Of a DNA stretch of 64,000 bases, positions 31,879 through 40,988 are shown piece after piece. Position 1 is the stretch's first letter, and each line of letters starts with the position of its first letter. A model generated the notes under the pieces. It was given only the letters and a program-made list of their open reading frames with translations, did no database searches and was not told the origin of the DNA. Source of the stretch: Oligoflexia bacterium (lineage in GTDB: Bacteria; Bdellovibrionota_G; JALEGL01); assembly GCA_035326705.1 (NCBI GenBank), contig DAOLES010000003.1, positions 129,921-193,920 on the forward strand, in the 5' to 3' direction. A program made the position numbers and the translations under genes.

Positions 31879-33363
31879 TCATGTTCCACAGTAAGTGATA
31901 TACTCTTGATCTTCAGGTTTGGGTGGTTGTATTAAGTACTCACAATTTTTTTGTTCACTGTAGGGCTTAGATAAATGGGCATGCATCTCTTTAAACAAAG
32001 TGAGATCGTGATCATTTTGTGCTTTTTGTAACGCTTCTTCAACAAGATAGTTTCTTGGAATAATAACGGGATTGTATTTTTGCATCAGTTTTAAAGCATT
32101 TTTTTCTGAATACTTTTCTAATTTTAAACGCTGCTTCCACTGTTGATACCAGTGTATAAAGTCTTTATGTTTATAAATTAGATCATATTCATTATCACTG
32201 TTAGGTAAACTCTCTTGCATCAAACAATAAAAAGTATAGGTATAATCCACTTTATTTTTTTGCATCCAGGTCAGTAAATTTTTTATCAAATCTAAATCAC
32301 CCTTTTGCTGACTTTTTAAACCCAGTTTTTTTTGCATCATCGATAGCCATTGTTTTTCAAAGTTGGGCAAAAAACTTTCTACCCGTTCTTTAGCAATCAC
32401 ATAGGCATCTTTAGCATCATTTGCCATTAAAGGCGCTAAACATTGGGCCAAGACACCTAAATTCCATTGCGCAATATTGGGCTGCTGACCAAAAGCATAA
32501 CGTCCATGACGATCTATAGAACTAAAAACAACCCCCATATCAAAGGCATCCATAAATGCACACGGTCCATAATCAATGGTCTCACCACATATGCTCATGT
32601 TGTCTGTGTTCATTACCCCATGCACAAAACCAACGCGCATCCAATCAATCATAAGATCAACTTGTCTATCCATCACTGCCTGCAAAAATAGTTCCGCTAA
32701 ATTATTTTCCCCTTTTAATTCTGGGAAGTGCCTACAAACACTATACTCTAATAGTTGTTGCAAAATCTGAATATCGTTTTGCAAGTAAGCAAACTCAAAG
32801 CTGCCTACTCTTATATGGCTTTGCGCTACTCTGGTTAAAATTGCCCCTGGCAATGCCGTCTCTCTGTAAACATCTTCTCCCGTTGCAATCACAGCCAAAC
32901 TTCTGGTTGTTGGAATTCCTAAAGCATGCATGGCCTCACTGATTAAATACTCTCTTAACATTGGGGCCAGTGCAGCTCTTCCATCACCGCCTCTTGAGTA
33001 AGGTGTTCTACCAGAACCTTTCAACTGAACATCAAAACGTTTACTTTCTTTTGTTATATGCTCCCCCAAAACAACAGCTCTGCCATCCCCAAGCACCGTT
33101 GGATAACCAAATTGATGACCAGCATAGGCTTGGGCATAAGGCTGTGTATCCGCTAAAATTTTATTGCCTGATAAAATTTGCTCTATTTTTTCTTGATCTA
33201 TAGTTCCTGTCTCTGTTTGAGTAAAAAGCCCCAAGTCATGGGCCAAGTTTTGATTAAACATAACCAAACTTGGTTTTTTAACGGTCTGGGGTTTTAAGCA
33301 AGAGAAAAAAACGCGGGGTAGTTTTGTATAACTAAAATCAAACTTAAAATTTAATTCATTCAT
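31879..33363 (-). CDS. selO: Protein adenylyltransferase SelO (YdiU/UPF0061)
   Basis: 494 aa with SelO kinase-like fold motifs (YAGHQFG, LGDGRAV, GVMNTDN). Confidence 0.85.
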   Translation of the reverse strand: MNELNFKFDFSYTKLPRVFFSCLKPQTVKKPSLVMFNQNLAHDLGLFTQTETGTIDQEKIEQILSGNKILADTQPYAQAYAGHQFGYPTVLGDGRAVVLGEHITKESKRFDVQLKGSGRTPYSRGGDGRAALAPMLREYLISEAMHALGIPTTRSLAVIATGEDVYRETALPGAILTRVAQSHIRVGSFEFAYLQNDIQILQQLLEYSVCRHFPELKGENNLAELFLQAVMDRQVDLMIDWMRVGFVHGVMNTDNMSICGETIDYGPCAFMDAFDMGVVFSSIDRHGRYAFGQQPNIAQWNLGVLAQCLAPLMANDAKDAYVIAKERVESFLPNFEKQWLSMMQKKLGLKSQQKGDLDLIKNLLTWMQKNKVDYTYTFYCLMQESLPNSDNEYDLIYKHKDFIHWYQQWKQRLKLEKYSEKNALKLMQKYNPVIIPRNYLVEEALQKAQNDHDLTLFKEMHAHLSKPYSEQKNCEYLIQPPKPEDQEYITYCGT

Positions 33364-33478
33364 AAACCACTTATGGTTATACCTTAACTACTGTTAAAGC
33401 TCCATACCCATATTTTTCATGAGATGCTTAATGCTCAGCAAAATTTTAAATGTTTTTGTTACAAAAATAAATATGAAA

Positions 33479-34180
33479 TCAGTTATTTGAATTTAAAAAA
33501 AATGCTCTCTGCATGTATTGGTTATCTCTCATAATTTTACTTTTAAGTTTAAAACTTAGCAGTTCAGGAAACAAGTCCCAAAATAGATCATGTAAATCAA
33601 TACAAATTTGCTTATCTTTAAGCATTTCTATTGATTCTTGCTCGCATGCTAATTTATCAAAGCCCAATTTAATCTGTGAAAAAGCTAAAGGTTTAGGTAA
33701 TGTGTTGAGAATAGTATTTATGTGTTGCAAGACGTCTTGCAAATGTAAAAATTTGATCTTAGCTTCTTCTGAACGCAAATCAAAAGCCATAAAACGACTA
33801 AAAGACCAAGCATCAATTGTAATATTAACTCTATGTTGATTGGCAGCAAGCCAGTCTTCTTGTAGACCCGGGTGGTCTTGAGCCAATTTTAAAAAATAAT
33901 ATGGTTCAATATACTTTTCAACAATAGATTCATTGTACATTTTTAATGAATTATAGGATGTATCTGTTTCATTATTATCAAAAGGCTTGGCATCTTCTAA
34001 GTATTCTTTTGCATAAGGATCAACAACAACAAATGTATCCTTTTCTACAATTGAGATCCCTATATTATCATTGCCTTCAAGAATGATATAATATTTGCCA
34101 TCTAAATCAATTCTCATATCAGCTAAATCTAAAAAGCCAAATTGTGGCGCAAGCTCATGACTGATTTGACCATTGGACAA
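33479..34180 (-). CDS. Hypothetical cytoplasmic protein
   Basis: 233-aa ORF. I recognise no motif. Confidence 0.5.
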   Translation of the reverse strand: MSNGQISHELAPQFGFLDLADMRIDLDGKYYIILEGNDNIGISIVEKDTFVVVDPYAKEYLEDAKPFDNNETDTSYNSLKMYNESIVEKYIEPYYFLKLAQDHPGLQEDWLAANQHRVNITIDAWSFSRFMAFDLRSEEAKIKFLHLQDVLQHINTILNTLPKPLAFSQIKLGFDKLACEQESIEMLKDKQICIDLHDLFWDLFPELLSFKLKSKIMRDNQYMQRAFFLNSNN

Positions 34181-34435
34181 AAGAAATTCAAGAAGATTTA
34201 TAATATGTTGATGCTGTGCGGTTGAGTTACGTTCAATATTCTGACGTTTTTCTAACCTTACGCTTGATGGCCTACGAAATGCCTTGCAGATAAACTCAAA
34301 CTGCTACGCCTTTGCTGCTCCTAAAGATATTAAAACTACACTTAAACTAATCCATTTCCCCATAAAGTTTTGTATACCATAACGTTAAAGGACATTGCAA
34401 ATGCCTTTATTTTAAACCCTTATAAACACTTGTAA

Positions 34436-34645
34436 TTACAAGTCTTCCAAAGCTTTGTCTCGCTGACTATTTTGCACCTGTTGATTGAGGTTTTTCTTAA
34501 ACTGGTCTAACTGCTTTTGTGTTTTAGGTGCCTGTTGAGTGTTTTGGCTCTGAGATGATTGAAAATATTGATAACTTAAAAAAGCAATGATCGCTAAAAC
34601 AATCAATAAGCCCACAACTGAAAAACCCATTGTGTTTTTTCTCAT
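34436..34645 (-). CDS. Small single-pass membrane protein with prepilin-like N-terminus (lacks Glu5)
   Basis: 69 aa. The N-terminus MRKNTMGFSVVGLLIVLAIIAFLSY is followed by a Gln-rich low-complexity tail. Confidence 0.4.
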   Translation of the reverse strand: MRKNTMGFSVVGLLIVLAIIAFLSYQYFQSSQSQNTQQAPKTQKQLDQFKKNLNQQVQNSQRDKALEDL

Positions 34646-34700
34646 CTTATTATTCTAACAAAGGCATTACTTATAGGCATTAAAAAACTAAACTATTTTT

Positions 34701-35603
34701 TTGATCCGATGTATACAAACAATCATGCCTTATATTCAACACAAACTTGGAAAAACATTTTATCTTAGTCAAGGACCTAAAAACACTTCTAATTTACCTA
34801 TTGTTGGTCTTCACGGTGGTCCTGGCAGTACCCATAGTGGCAGATTGGCTTTATTAAACTTATCTAACAAAAGAAAAGTCTATATTTATGACCAAATTGG
34901 TGGTGGCAAAAGTTCAGTCACTCAACAAAAACATTGGACCATTGAGACCTTTACTCAAGAACTTCATACGTTAATTCAAGCTTGGGGTCTTAAACAGTTT
35001 CATTTGTATGGTGGTTCATGGGGAACAACCTTAGCCTTAGAGTATTATTTGCGTTACAAGAATAATGGCGTAGCTTCTCTTATCTTTCAGTCCCCTCTAT
35101 TTTCTGGCAAAGACTGGAGCAATGATGCCAAAGTTTTAATTAAAAAACTCCCACAAAAATATCAAAAAATTATTCGTTATTGTCATGAGATTGGTGCAAC
35201 CGATGCTGCTGTTTATCAACAGGCCATGCATGAATATTATAAACGCCACGTTTTGCGTGATGAAAAAAAATTATCGCAAATGTTAAATCCCAAAAAAGGT
35301 AAAAATAATAACGGTAAGAATATTTATCAATACATGTGGGGAGAGTCTGAGTTTTTTCCAACAGGAACACTTAAAAACTACAATCAGGTTCAAGCTTTAA
35401 AAAAAATTACCGTGCCATGTTTGCTCATGTGCGGTCAATACGATGAAGCCAGACCAGAAACCTCTCAAAAATACACCAAGATGATTAAGAGCGCTCAATA
35501 CAAGACCATCAAAGGCGCAGCACATGCTGTTTTAACTGAAAAACCAAATGAGGTTTTAAAGCATGTTGGTCAATTTATTTCTGAGGTAGAAAAAAGACGC
35601 TAA
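34701..35603 (+). CDS. pip: Proline iminopeptidase-family alpha/beta hydrolase
   Basis: 300 aa with GLHGGPGS and a GGSWGTTLAL nucleophile elbow. Confidence 0.65.
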   Translation: MIRCIQTIMPYIQHKLGKTFYLSQGPKNTSNLPIVGLHGGPGSTHSGRLALLNLSNKRKVYIYDQIGGGKSSVTQQKHWTIETFTQELHTLIQAWGLKQFHLYGGSWGTTLALEYYLRYKNNGVASLIFQSPLFSGKDWSNDAKVLIKKLPQKYQKIIRYCHEIGATDAAVYQQAMHEYYKRHVLRDEKKLSQMLNPKKGKNNNGKNIYQYMWGESEFFPTGTLKNYNQVQALKKITVPCLLMCGQYDEARPETSQKYTKMIKSAQYKTIKGAAHAVLTEKPNEVLKHVGQFISEVEKRR

Positions 35604-36056
35604 TTACTCTTCATCTTCATGAACACCGCGTAATAAGTCTTTAAAGCGGCCTTCTAAAAAGCGCGTGAGCACCAAAACAATAACACAAGTAATGGTAATC
35701 ATAAGCGCTGATATGTACTGCTCAAAACCTATAGCTGCTCCAACTGCTGCCAACACCCAAATCACCGCCGCAGATGTCATGCCCAAAACTAAACCATCTT
35801 TGGTTAAAATAACACCTGCACCTAAAAACCCAATACCTGTTACAACTTGTCCCAAAACTCTTGAGTAATCTGTAGCTACTCCTTCTATCTGAGCTGATAA
35901 ATGAATAAAAAAGCATGTCCCGACAACGATTAAAATACTGGTTCTTATCCCTACAGGTTTGCCGCGCAGCTGTCTTTCAATTCCAAAAATAGTGCCGCAC
36001 ATAATGCTGATTAAAACTTTGGTTACAATTACAGAGTGCAGTTCTGTCATGCGCAA
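35604..36056 (-). CDS. mgtC: MgtC/SapB family membrane protein
   Basis: 150 aa with the MgtC N-terminal signature (GIERQLRGKPVGIRT) and four transmembrane segments. Confidence 0.75.
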   Translation of the reverse strand: MRMTELHSVIVTKVLISIMCGTIFGIERQLRGKPVGIRTSILIVVGTCFFIHLSAQIEGVATDYSRVLGQVVTGIGFLGAGVILTKDGLVLGMTSAAVIWVLAAVGAAIGFEQYISALMITITCVIVLVLTRFLEGRFKDLLRGVHEDEE

Positions 36057-36225
36057 TACTATATACCTTTCAATTTTCTATGCAAGATCTCACCTAAGCA
36101 ATTTAAAATATATTAAATTTGTTTTTGTTTGTACTCAACAAACCCAGTCTTTTACCTTTAATAAAAAAGCATCCTAAGTAAACTTATAGTACTTTGCCGT
36201 CTTTATAATATGATATATTACTTTT

Positions 36226-36453
36226 ATGCCTTTAAAGCTTGTCTACAACGTTAGTGACTTATCAGAAGCAACCTTAATTGTAGCCTACCTTAAAAACTAT
36301 GGCATTGAAGCCCAATCCTTTGACCAGCATATGAACAACCTTTTCCCGGCTGGAAATATCTTAGCGCCCATTAGAATTGTTGTGAATGATTATGATTATG
36401 ATCAAGCTTTGAAATACATTAAACGCTATCAAGATCAAACCACTCAGGCTTAA
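36226..36453 (+). CDS. Small protein, DUF2007-like (putative signal-transducing, PII-like fold)
   Basis: 75 aa. The pattern resembles DUF2007. The call is weak. Confidence 0.35.
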   Translation: MPLKLVYNVSDLSEATLIVAYLKNYGIEAQSFDQHMNNLFPAGNILAPIRIVVNDYDYDQALKYIKRYQDQTTQA

Positions 36454-36477
36454 TACAATTTAAAATTTTACTATTTT

Positions 36478-37743
36478 TTATCTCACTCTCAATAACTCTT
36501 TCCAGTTCGTCGTATAACTGGGTGATTTATAAATATTGTTTTTGTGGGTTTTTTTAAGGTTGCCTTGAGCTGCTAAAAAAATAATATCTTTTCCGGCCTT
36601 TTGATTAATTTGATCTATGATTTGCATGGTCTTTTCATTGTTGGCTTGCCCATAGCTACAAAAAATATTGCTCTGAATTTCATTTTTTTTAATCAAGTCC
36701 ATTAAAATAATACCCGCTTTATGGTAACGCACTCCGGGTTTATAAATTGCTCTTAATGCCGGCTTGATCTGATTTAAAATAAAACTAACATCCTGAGAAG
36801 GAGAAGGAAGTATTACCGAACAACCATTTTTATAATAATCATTATGCTGTAAATGTGTTGAGCTTCTAATAAAAATATAAACCGATTGCGCATAACTATG
36901 TTGCTCTCTTAATTTTTGACAGGCCCTAAACGTATAATTGGCAACAGCTCTGTATAAATCTATCAATCTTGTGACTTTTTTAGGAAATGAACGTGAAGAC
37001 ATGATATTTTTTTTACCATTTCTTTTTTCCCGTTCTAAGACCGCATGGCCATTGAGTTCATAGACCAAACGTTCTCCAACAACTCCCATTTTTCTTCTAA
37101 TGTATAAAGGCTCACTGTGTTTAATATCTAAAGGCGTATACAAACCTAAAGCACGCCAATGTCTTGCGCCCCTGTATGATAAGCCCCACAGATCTTCTAG
37201 CTCAAAGGATTGTAAAACTTTTTCCACCAAAATATCTTGACGCAAGTCAAACACATGTTGATTTTTTTCTTTTTTAGCTAAAACAGCTGCCGCTTTGGCC
37301 AATGTTTTACTGTGTGCTAAGCCAATAGACACCGGAATACCTGTCCATTGCATTATCTTTTTTTCTATCATCAAACATTCTTTTAAGACTTGCTCTGAAC
37401 TTAAGCCTTTAAAATAAAGAAAAGCTTCATCAATAGAATAAATTTCTATATGTTCTGCCCACTGGCTAAGACATTGCATGACCCGTCTGGACATGTCACC
37501 ATACAAAGCAAAATTGGTAGAAAACAGTTTAACCCTATGTTTTTGAATGATGTCTTTATGTTTAAAGATAGGTGCTCCCATAGGGATATCCAAAGCTTTG
37601 GCTTCATTGGAACGCGCTATAATACAACCATCATTGTTGGATAAAACAACAATGGGCTTATTTATCAACTGAGGCTGAAATACCCTTTCACAAGATGCAT
37701 AAAAATTATTGCAATCCACCAAGGCAATATGTTTTTGATTCAT
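36478..37743 (-). CDS. umuC: Error-prone translesion DNA polymerase V subunit UmuC (Y-family)
   Basis: 421 aa. The N-terminus IALVDCNNFYASCERVF is canonical for UmuC/DinB, and the length matches UmuC. Confidence 0.9.
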   Translation of the reverse strand: MNQKHIALVDCNNFYASCERVFQPQLINKPIVVLSNNDGCIIARSNEAKALDIPMGAPIFKHKDIIQKHRVKLFSTNFALYGDMSRRVMQCLSQWAEHIEIYSIDEAFLYFKGLSSEQVLKECLMIEKKIMQWTGIPVSIGLAHSKTLAKAAAVLAKKEKNQHVFDLRQDILVEKVLQSFELEDLWGLSYRGARHWRALGLYTPLDIKHSEPLYIRRKMGVVGERLVYELNGHAVLEREKRNGKKNIMSSRSFPKKVTRLIDLYRAVANYTFRACQKLREQHSYAQSVYIFIRSSTHLQHNDYYKNGCSVILPSPSQDVSFILNQIKPALRAIYKPGVRYHKAGIILMDLIKKNEIQSNIFCSYGQANNEKTMQIIDQINQKAGKDIIFLAAQGNLKKTHKNNIYKSPSYTTNWKELLRVR

Positions 37744-37762
37744 GATGGATAATCATGCCACT

Positions 37763-38335
37763 TTATAAAGCGTGAATCACATTGGTCACTACGCCCCAAA
37801 TCATAAAACTTTCTGGGTCATGAACAACAATAGGTTTGTATTTTTTATTTTCAGGCATCAACTTCAGCTCATTGTTTTTTTGATGCAAGCGCTTAACAGT
37901 AAGTTCATTGTTTAAAACAGCAATCACAATTCTACCATGTCTGGCTTCAATGCTTCTATCCACAATCAACAAATCATCTTCATGTATTCCGGCCTCAATC
38001 ATAGAGTCCCCAGAGACACGCACAAAAAAAGTGGCCGCGGGATGTTGAATCAAATGCTCATTAAGATCTAACATACCTTCTACATAATCTTCCGCTGGCG
38101 ATGGGAATCCCGCAGACACCGTGCAACTGTATAATGGCAAAGAAAAACCCTTCATTTTGACATAGTGATGCACTTGATCAACCATGCTAACAGGAATGCG
38201 TACTGGCTTGGTGGCTTCACCATAAGGCCCTTGTCCAGCTGGTCTACCGGCACCTTTACGCTTACCGCCCCACTGTTTTGGAACAGCTCTTAAAGTGTTA
38301 TTTTGTGACTGATGAGAAGACTTTTCTTTATCCAT
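37763..38335 (-). CDS. umuD: UmuD-like S24 self-cleaving peptidase (translesion synthesis accessory; N-terminally extended ORF)
   Basis: The C-terminal 130 aa align to UmuD (AGFPSPAEDYVE...VSGDSM...IVDRS...TVKRL) with an Ala-Gly cleavage site, a Ser nucleophile and a Lys. The longest ORF adds about 50 N-terminal residues containing GGKRKGAGRP. The true start may be the internal Met at about 38185. Confidence 0.8.
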   Translation of the reverse strand: MDKEKSSHQSQNNTLRAVPKQWGGKRKGAGRPAGQGPYGEATKPVRIPVSMVDQVHHYVKMKGFSLPLYSCTVSAGFPSPAEDYVEGMLDLNEHLIQHPAATFFVRVSGDSMIEAGIHEDDLLIVDRSIEARHGRIVIAVLNNELTVKRLHQKNNELKLMPENKKYKPIVVHDPESFMIWGVVTNVIHAL

Positions 38336-38387
38336 TTGATTAATGTAACAAAAATCAAAAAAATGGCAATTATTTTTTTATCTTCTT

Positions 38388-38939
38388 TCAATCAGTATTT
38401 ATTATTTCACGTATAGACTGATAAGGAGAGCCTAAAGAAAGACTCACATCATAACCTTTAGCAACACATTCAAAAATATTATTTTTAAATGTAATAATAA
38501 AGTGTTTTAAGTCTTTTAAAAACCATTCTCTATTATGTGATGGGTGAACACTGTTCATTTTTTCAAGTTCTACTATCCATGAAGAGTTTATAACTTCAGC
38601 ATTATATAAAGAGTCTAAACCTTTGTTATACAATGCGTGACTAGACAAAACTTCATCATTAGGCAACCCCACCATATATTTGCAAAAACTTTTAAACACA
38701 ACTGTAACCACACAATCTTTTTCATAATTTGTAACTTTAAGATTATTAGAGCTTATATTTTGATATGATTCAAATGTTTTTTCAGATGTATAAAACGAAA
38801 GATATAGATCTGAGTCGTTGCTTAAAATCCAAGGAATAGGCGCACCAGGGTTTGGTTTAGGTATATCTGCTATTTCTTTAAGCGTTTCTTTAGAACCAAA
38901 ATTCAACACGTACTCATACGATACAAAACAGTTTATCAA
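38388..38939 (-). CDS. Hypothetical protein upstream of umuDC
   Basis: 183-aa ORF on the same strand, 52 nt upstream of umuD. It has no transmembrane segment and no recognisable motif. Confidence 0.45.
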   Translation of the reverse strand: MINCFVSYEYVLNFGSKETLKEIADIPKPNPGAPIPWILSNDSDLYLSFYTSEKTFESYQNISSNNLKVTNYEKDCVVTVVFKSFCKYMVGLPNDEVLSSHALYNKGLDSLYNAEVINSSWIVELEKMNSVHPSHNREWFLKDLKHFIITFKNNIFECVAKGYDVSLSLGSPYQSIREIINTD

Positions 38940-39041
38940 AAGTAAAACAATTTATTTGCTTGTTATCTATATCGCCTCATTTACACTTTAAATTCAACAT
39001 AACTTGTTTAACTTTTTTCTTTCTTCTTCCGTTAATCCCAA

Positions 39042-39236
39042 TCAATGTTTATCTTGAATTGCATCCATCAAAACATAAGCCATATTGGCATTAATGTAAC
39101 GTGGATTATGTTCCGCCATCAAGAGCATGTTTTTTTCCCAACTCAAAGTTCTAATCTTATCGATGCTGTCTAAACCCAACTGCTCTAATAACGCCATTGA
39201 TTTTGGCCCCATCCCAGGTTCTTGATTTTTTTTCAT
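39042..39236 (-). CDS. Small helix-hairpin-helix protein (TfoX C-terminal-like)
   Basis: 64 aa from an internal Met of the 142-aa ORF. The ORF's upstream part overlaps crcB out of frame and is spurious. A PGMGPKSMALLEQLGLDSIDKI HhH motif is present. The gene starts 3 nt after the crcB stop. Confidence 0.35.
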   Translation of the reverse strand: MKKNQEPGMGPKSMALLEQLGLDSIDKIRTLSWEKNMLLMAEHNPRYINANMAYVLMDAIQDKH

Positions 39237-39238
39237 GT

Positions 39239-39607
39239 TTAAGCCAATAATTTCTGTGTCACATAAAAAGCCAATAAGCCTAAAAAGACTTGCGCACTGA
39301 TATTGACTGCTGCCCAGACAAGTTGTTTCATACTGATTAACATATGGCTGTGGGCAATAAAGCTTGAAAAGGTGGTCATCCCGCCTAAAAAACCGGTAAA
39401 CACAAATAAAGTAAAGGCCACAGACCACTGTTCTTTCAACCAAGAACTCAACAAGGCAAACAAAAAACACCCTAAAATATTAACCAAGGCTATACTTAAA
39501 ACATTGGACCAAGAAAATAAATGCGCTCCTAATAACTCCAAGCCATAACGAACACTTGCCCCTAAGGCACCGCCTGCGCAAACTGCTAAAAAATTAAATA
39601 CTTTCAT
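39239..39607 (-). CDS. crcB: Fluoride ion channel CrcB/Fluc
   Basis: 122 aa with the Fluc signatures GGALGASVRY and GFLGGMTTFSSF and four transmembrane segments. Confidence 0.85.
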   Translation of the reverse strand: MKVFNFLAVCAGGALGASVRYGLELLGAHLFSWSNVLSIALVNILGCFLFALLSSWLKEQWSVAFTLFVFTGFLGGMTTFSSFIAHSHMLISMKQLVWAAVNISAQVFLGLLAFYVTQKLLA

Positions 39608-39657
39608 AACATAAAGTGTTAGACAAAAACTGAAAAATTTTCTACATAAATCAAGTT

Positions 39658-40953
39658 TTGAAAAACATTCCTCAACGCGAAATTCGCAATAGAATCTATG
39701 ATAGCCAACGTCAGTTACCCAGCTATCTCAACGTTCTTCCTGAAGCTGTTTCATTTTTAAAAAAAGATAATGCACTTGGTCTGGTCTACATCAATGGTAA
39801 AGCCTTGTGTAATTTAGAGGAAAAGTACGGCAGCACCATTTTTGATGACATCATGTTAAAAATTTCTAATATTCTGATTAACATGCGTGGCACGGTCATT
39901 CGTAAGGGTGATATTATTTCTTTAAATCGTGTTAAGGGTTACTCCTTTATTTTATTTTTAGGGGGTACACGTAAAAACAATAAAGACTATAACTATCTTT
40001 CTAAAGATGATGTTGAAGACACCTGTGAACGTATTTTAACTCATTTACAAAATCATTTATTTTTGGAGCTGTATCATTTTATAGGCAGCTTGCCCAAAAT
40101 CAATGTTGGTTATTCTTTTACCGTGCATAACCCTATTATTGATCCTTGGCGATCTATCTATAGACTCATAGAAGAAGCCCGTGAAAATGCTGAACTACAA
40201 ATGTCACAAGTTGAGCTCAAAAACCGTGGTCGTATTCAAAAAGTCATCTTGGAAGAAGGTGTTCGCAGCGTTTACCAACCCATTGTAAACCTTAAAGAAA
40301 AAAATACACTAGGGTTTGAAGCACTTTCTAGAGGCCCGCAAAATACTGAACTTGAAGCCCCAGCAATTCTTTTTTCTCTGGCAGAAGAAACCGGCATGCT
40401 CTATGAGCTGGATAGAGTTTGTCGCCGCCGTGCCATTCATTACGCTACTGAAAAAAAGCCTCAACAAAAACTTTTTATTAACACCTTGCCAAACCTTATT
40501 CATAACCCAGAATTTGAAGCCAAACAGTTTTTACAGTTTTTGGATATGTATGGTATCTCTCCTAAAGATATTGTATTTGAAATCACAGAAAGCCATGCTA
40601 TTGATCAATACTCTAGTTTTCGTCAGGCTTTAAAGTACTATACCAACTCTGGAATCACTTTAGCCATTGATGATGTTGGAACGGGCTACTCAAGCCTAGA
40701 AGCCATCATGGAAATTCAACCCAAATACATCAAAATTGATGCTTCTCTGATTAGAGGTGCGCATACCAACCCTGCCAAACAAGAAATGCTCAAAGCTCTT
40801 AAAACCTTAGCCAAGTCTTTAAACGCCTTGACCATTGCGGAAGGTATTGAAATCCAAGAAGACCTAACTCTGGTTGAAGCAATGGATATCGATTTTGCCC
40901 AGGGTTATTTTTTTGCTAAACCCGCCGCTAATTTTTTTGAACCTAGCTTTTAA
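39658..40953 (+). CDS. c-di-GMP phosphodiesterase: degenerate GGDEF plus EAL domain protein
   Basis: 431 aa. The N-terminal GGDEF-like domain has a degenerate signature (RVKGYSF in place of RxGGDEF). The C-terminal EAL domain is intact (QPIVNL...FEALSRGP, DDVGTGYSSL, KID). Confidence 0.8.
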   Translation: MKNIPQREIRNRIYDSQRQLPSYLNVLPEAVSFLKKDNALGLVYINGKALCNLEEKYGSTIFDDIMLKISNILINMRGTVIRKGDIISLNRVKGYSFILFLGGTRKNNKDYNYLSKDDVEDTCERILTHLQNHLFLELYHFIGSLPKINVGYSFTVHNPIIDPWRSIYRLIEEARENAELQMSQVELKNRGRIQKVILEEGVRSVYQPIVNLKEKNTLGFEALSRGPQNTELEAPAILFSLAEETGMLYELDRVCRRRAIHYATEKKPQQKLFINTLPNLIHNPEFEAKQFLQFLDMYGISPKDIVFEITESHAIDQYSSFRQALKYYTNSGITLAIDDVGTGYSSLEAIMEIQPKYIKIDASLIRGAHTNPAKQEMLKALKTLAKSLNALTIAEGIEIQEDLTLVEAMDIDFAQGYFFAKPAANFFEPSF

Positions 40954-40984
40954 ATCTCAAAAGGTACGGCCTTACTTTTGAGAT
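40954..40984. terminator. 31-bp palindromic hairpin (copy A) between convergent EAL gene and glpQ
   Basis: The sequence is atctcaaaaggtacggccttacttttgagat, a 10-bp stem with an 11-nt loop. Confidence 0.5.
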
Positions 40985-40988
40985 GTTT

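Noticed and set aside
36057-36225. Mg2+ (M-box) leader upstream of mgtC
   Set aside because: The 169-bp leader is AT-rich, with none of the M-box conserved GC-rich helices visible.
39237-39470. N-terminal 78 residues of the 142-aa ORF 39042-39470
   Set aside because: This part overlaps crcB out of frame on the same strand. Only the C-terminal 64-aa HhH portion (39042-39236) is plausible.
39608-39700. Fluoride (crcB-motif) riboswitch upstream of crcB
   Set aside because: Only about 50 nt separate crcB from the divergent EAL gene. The sequence lacks the conserved GGnGAUGG...CUGAUGAUGCCUAC elements.
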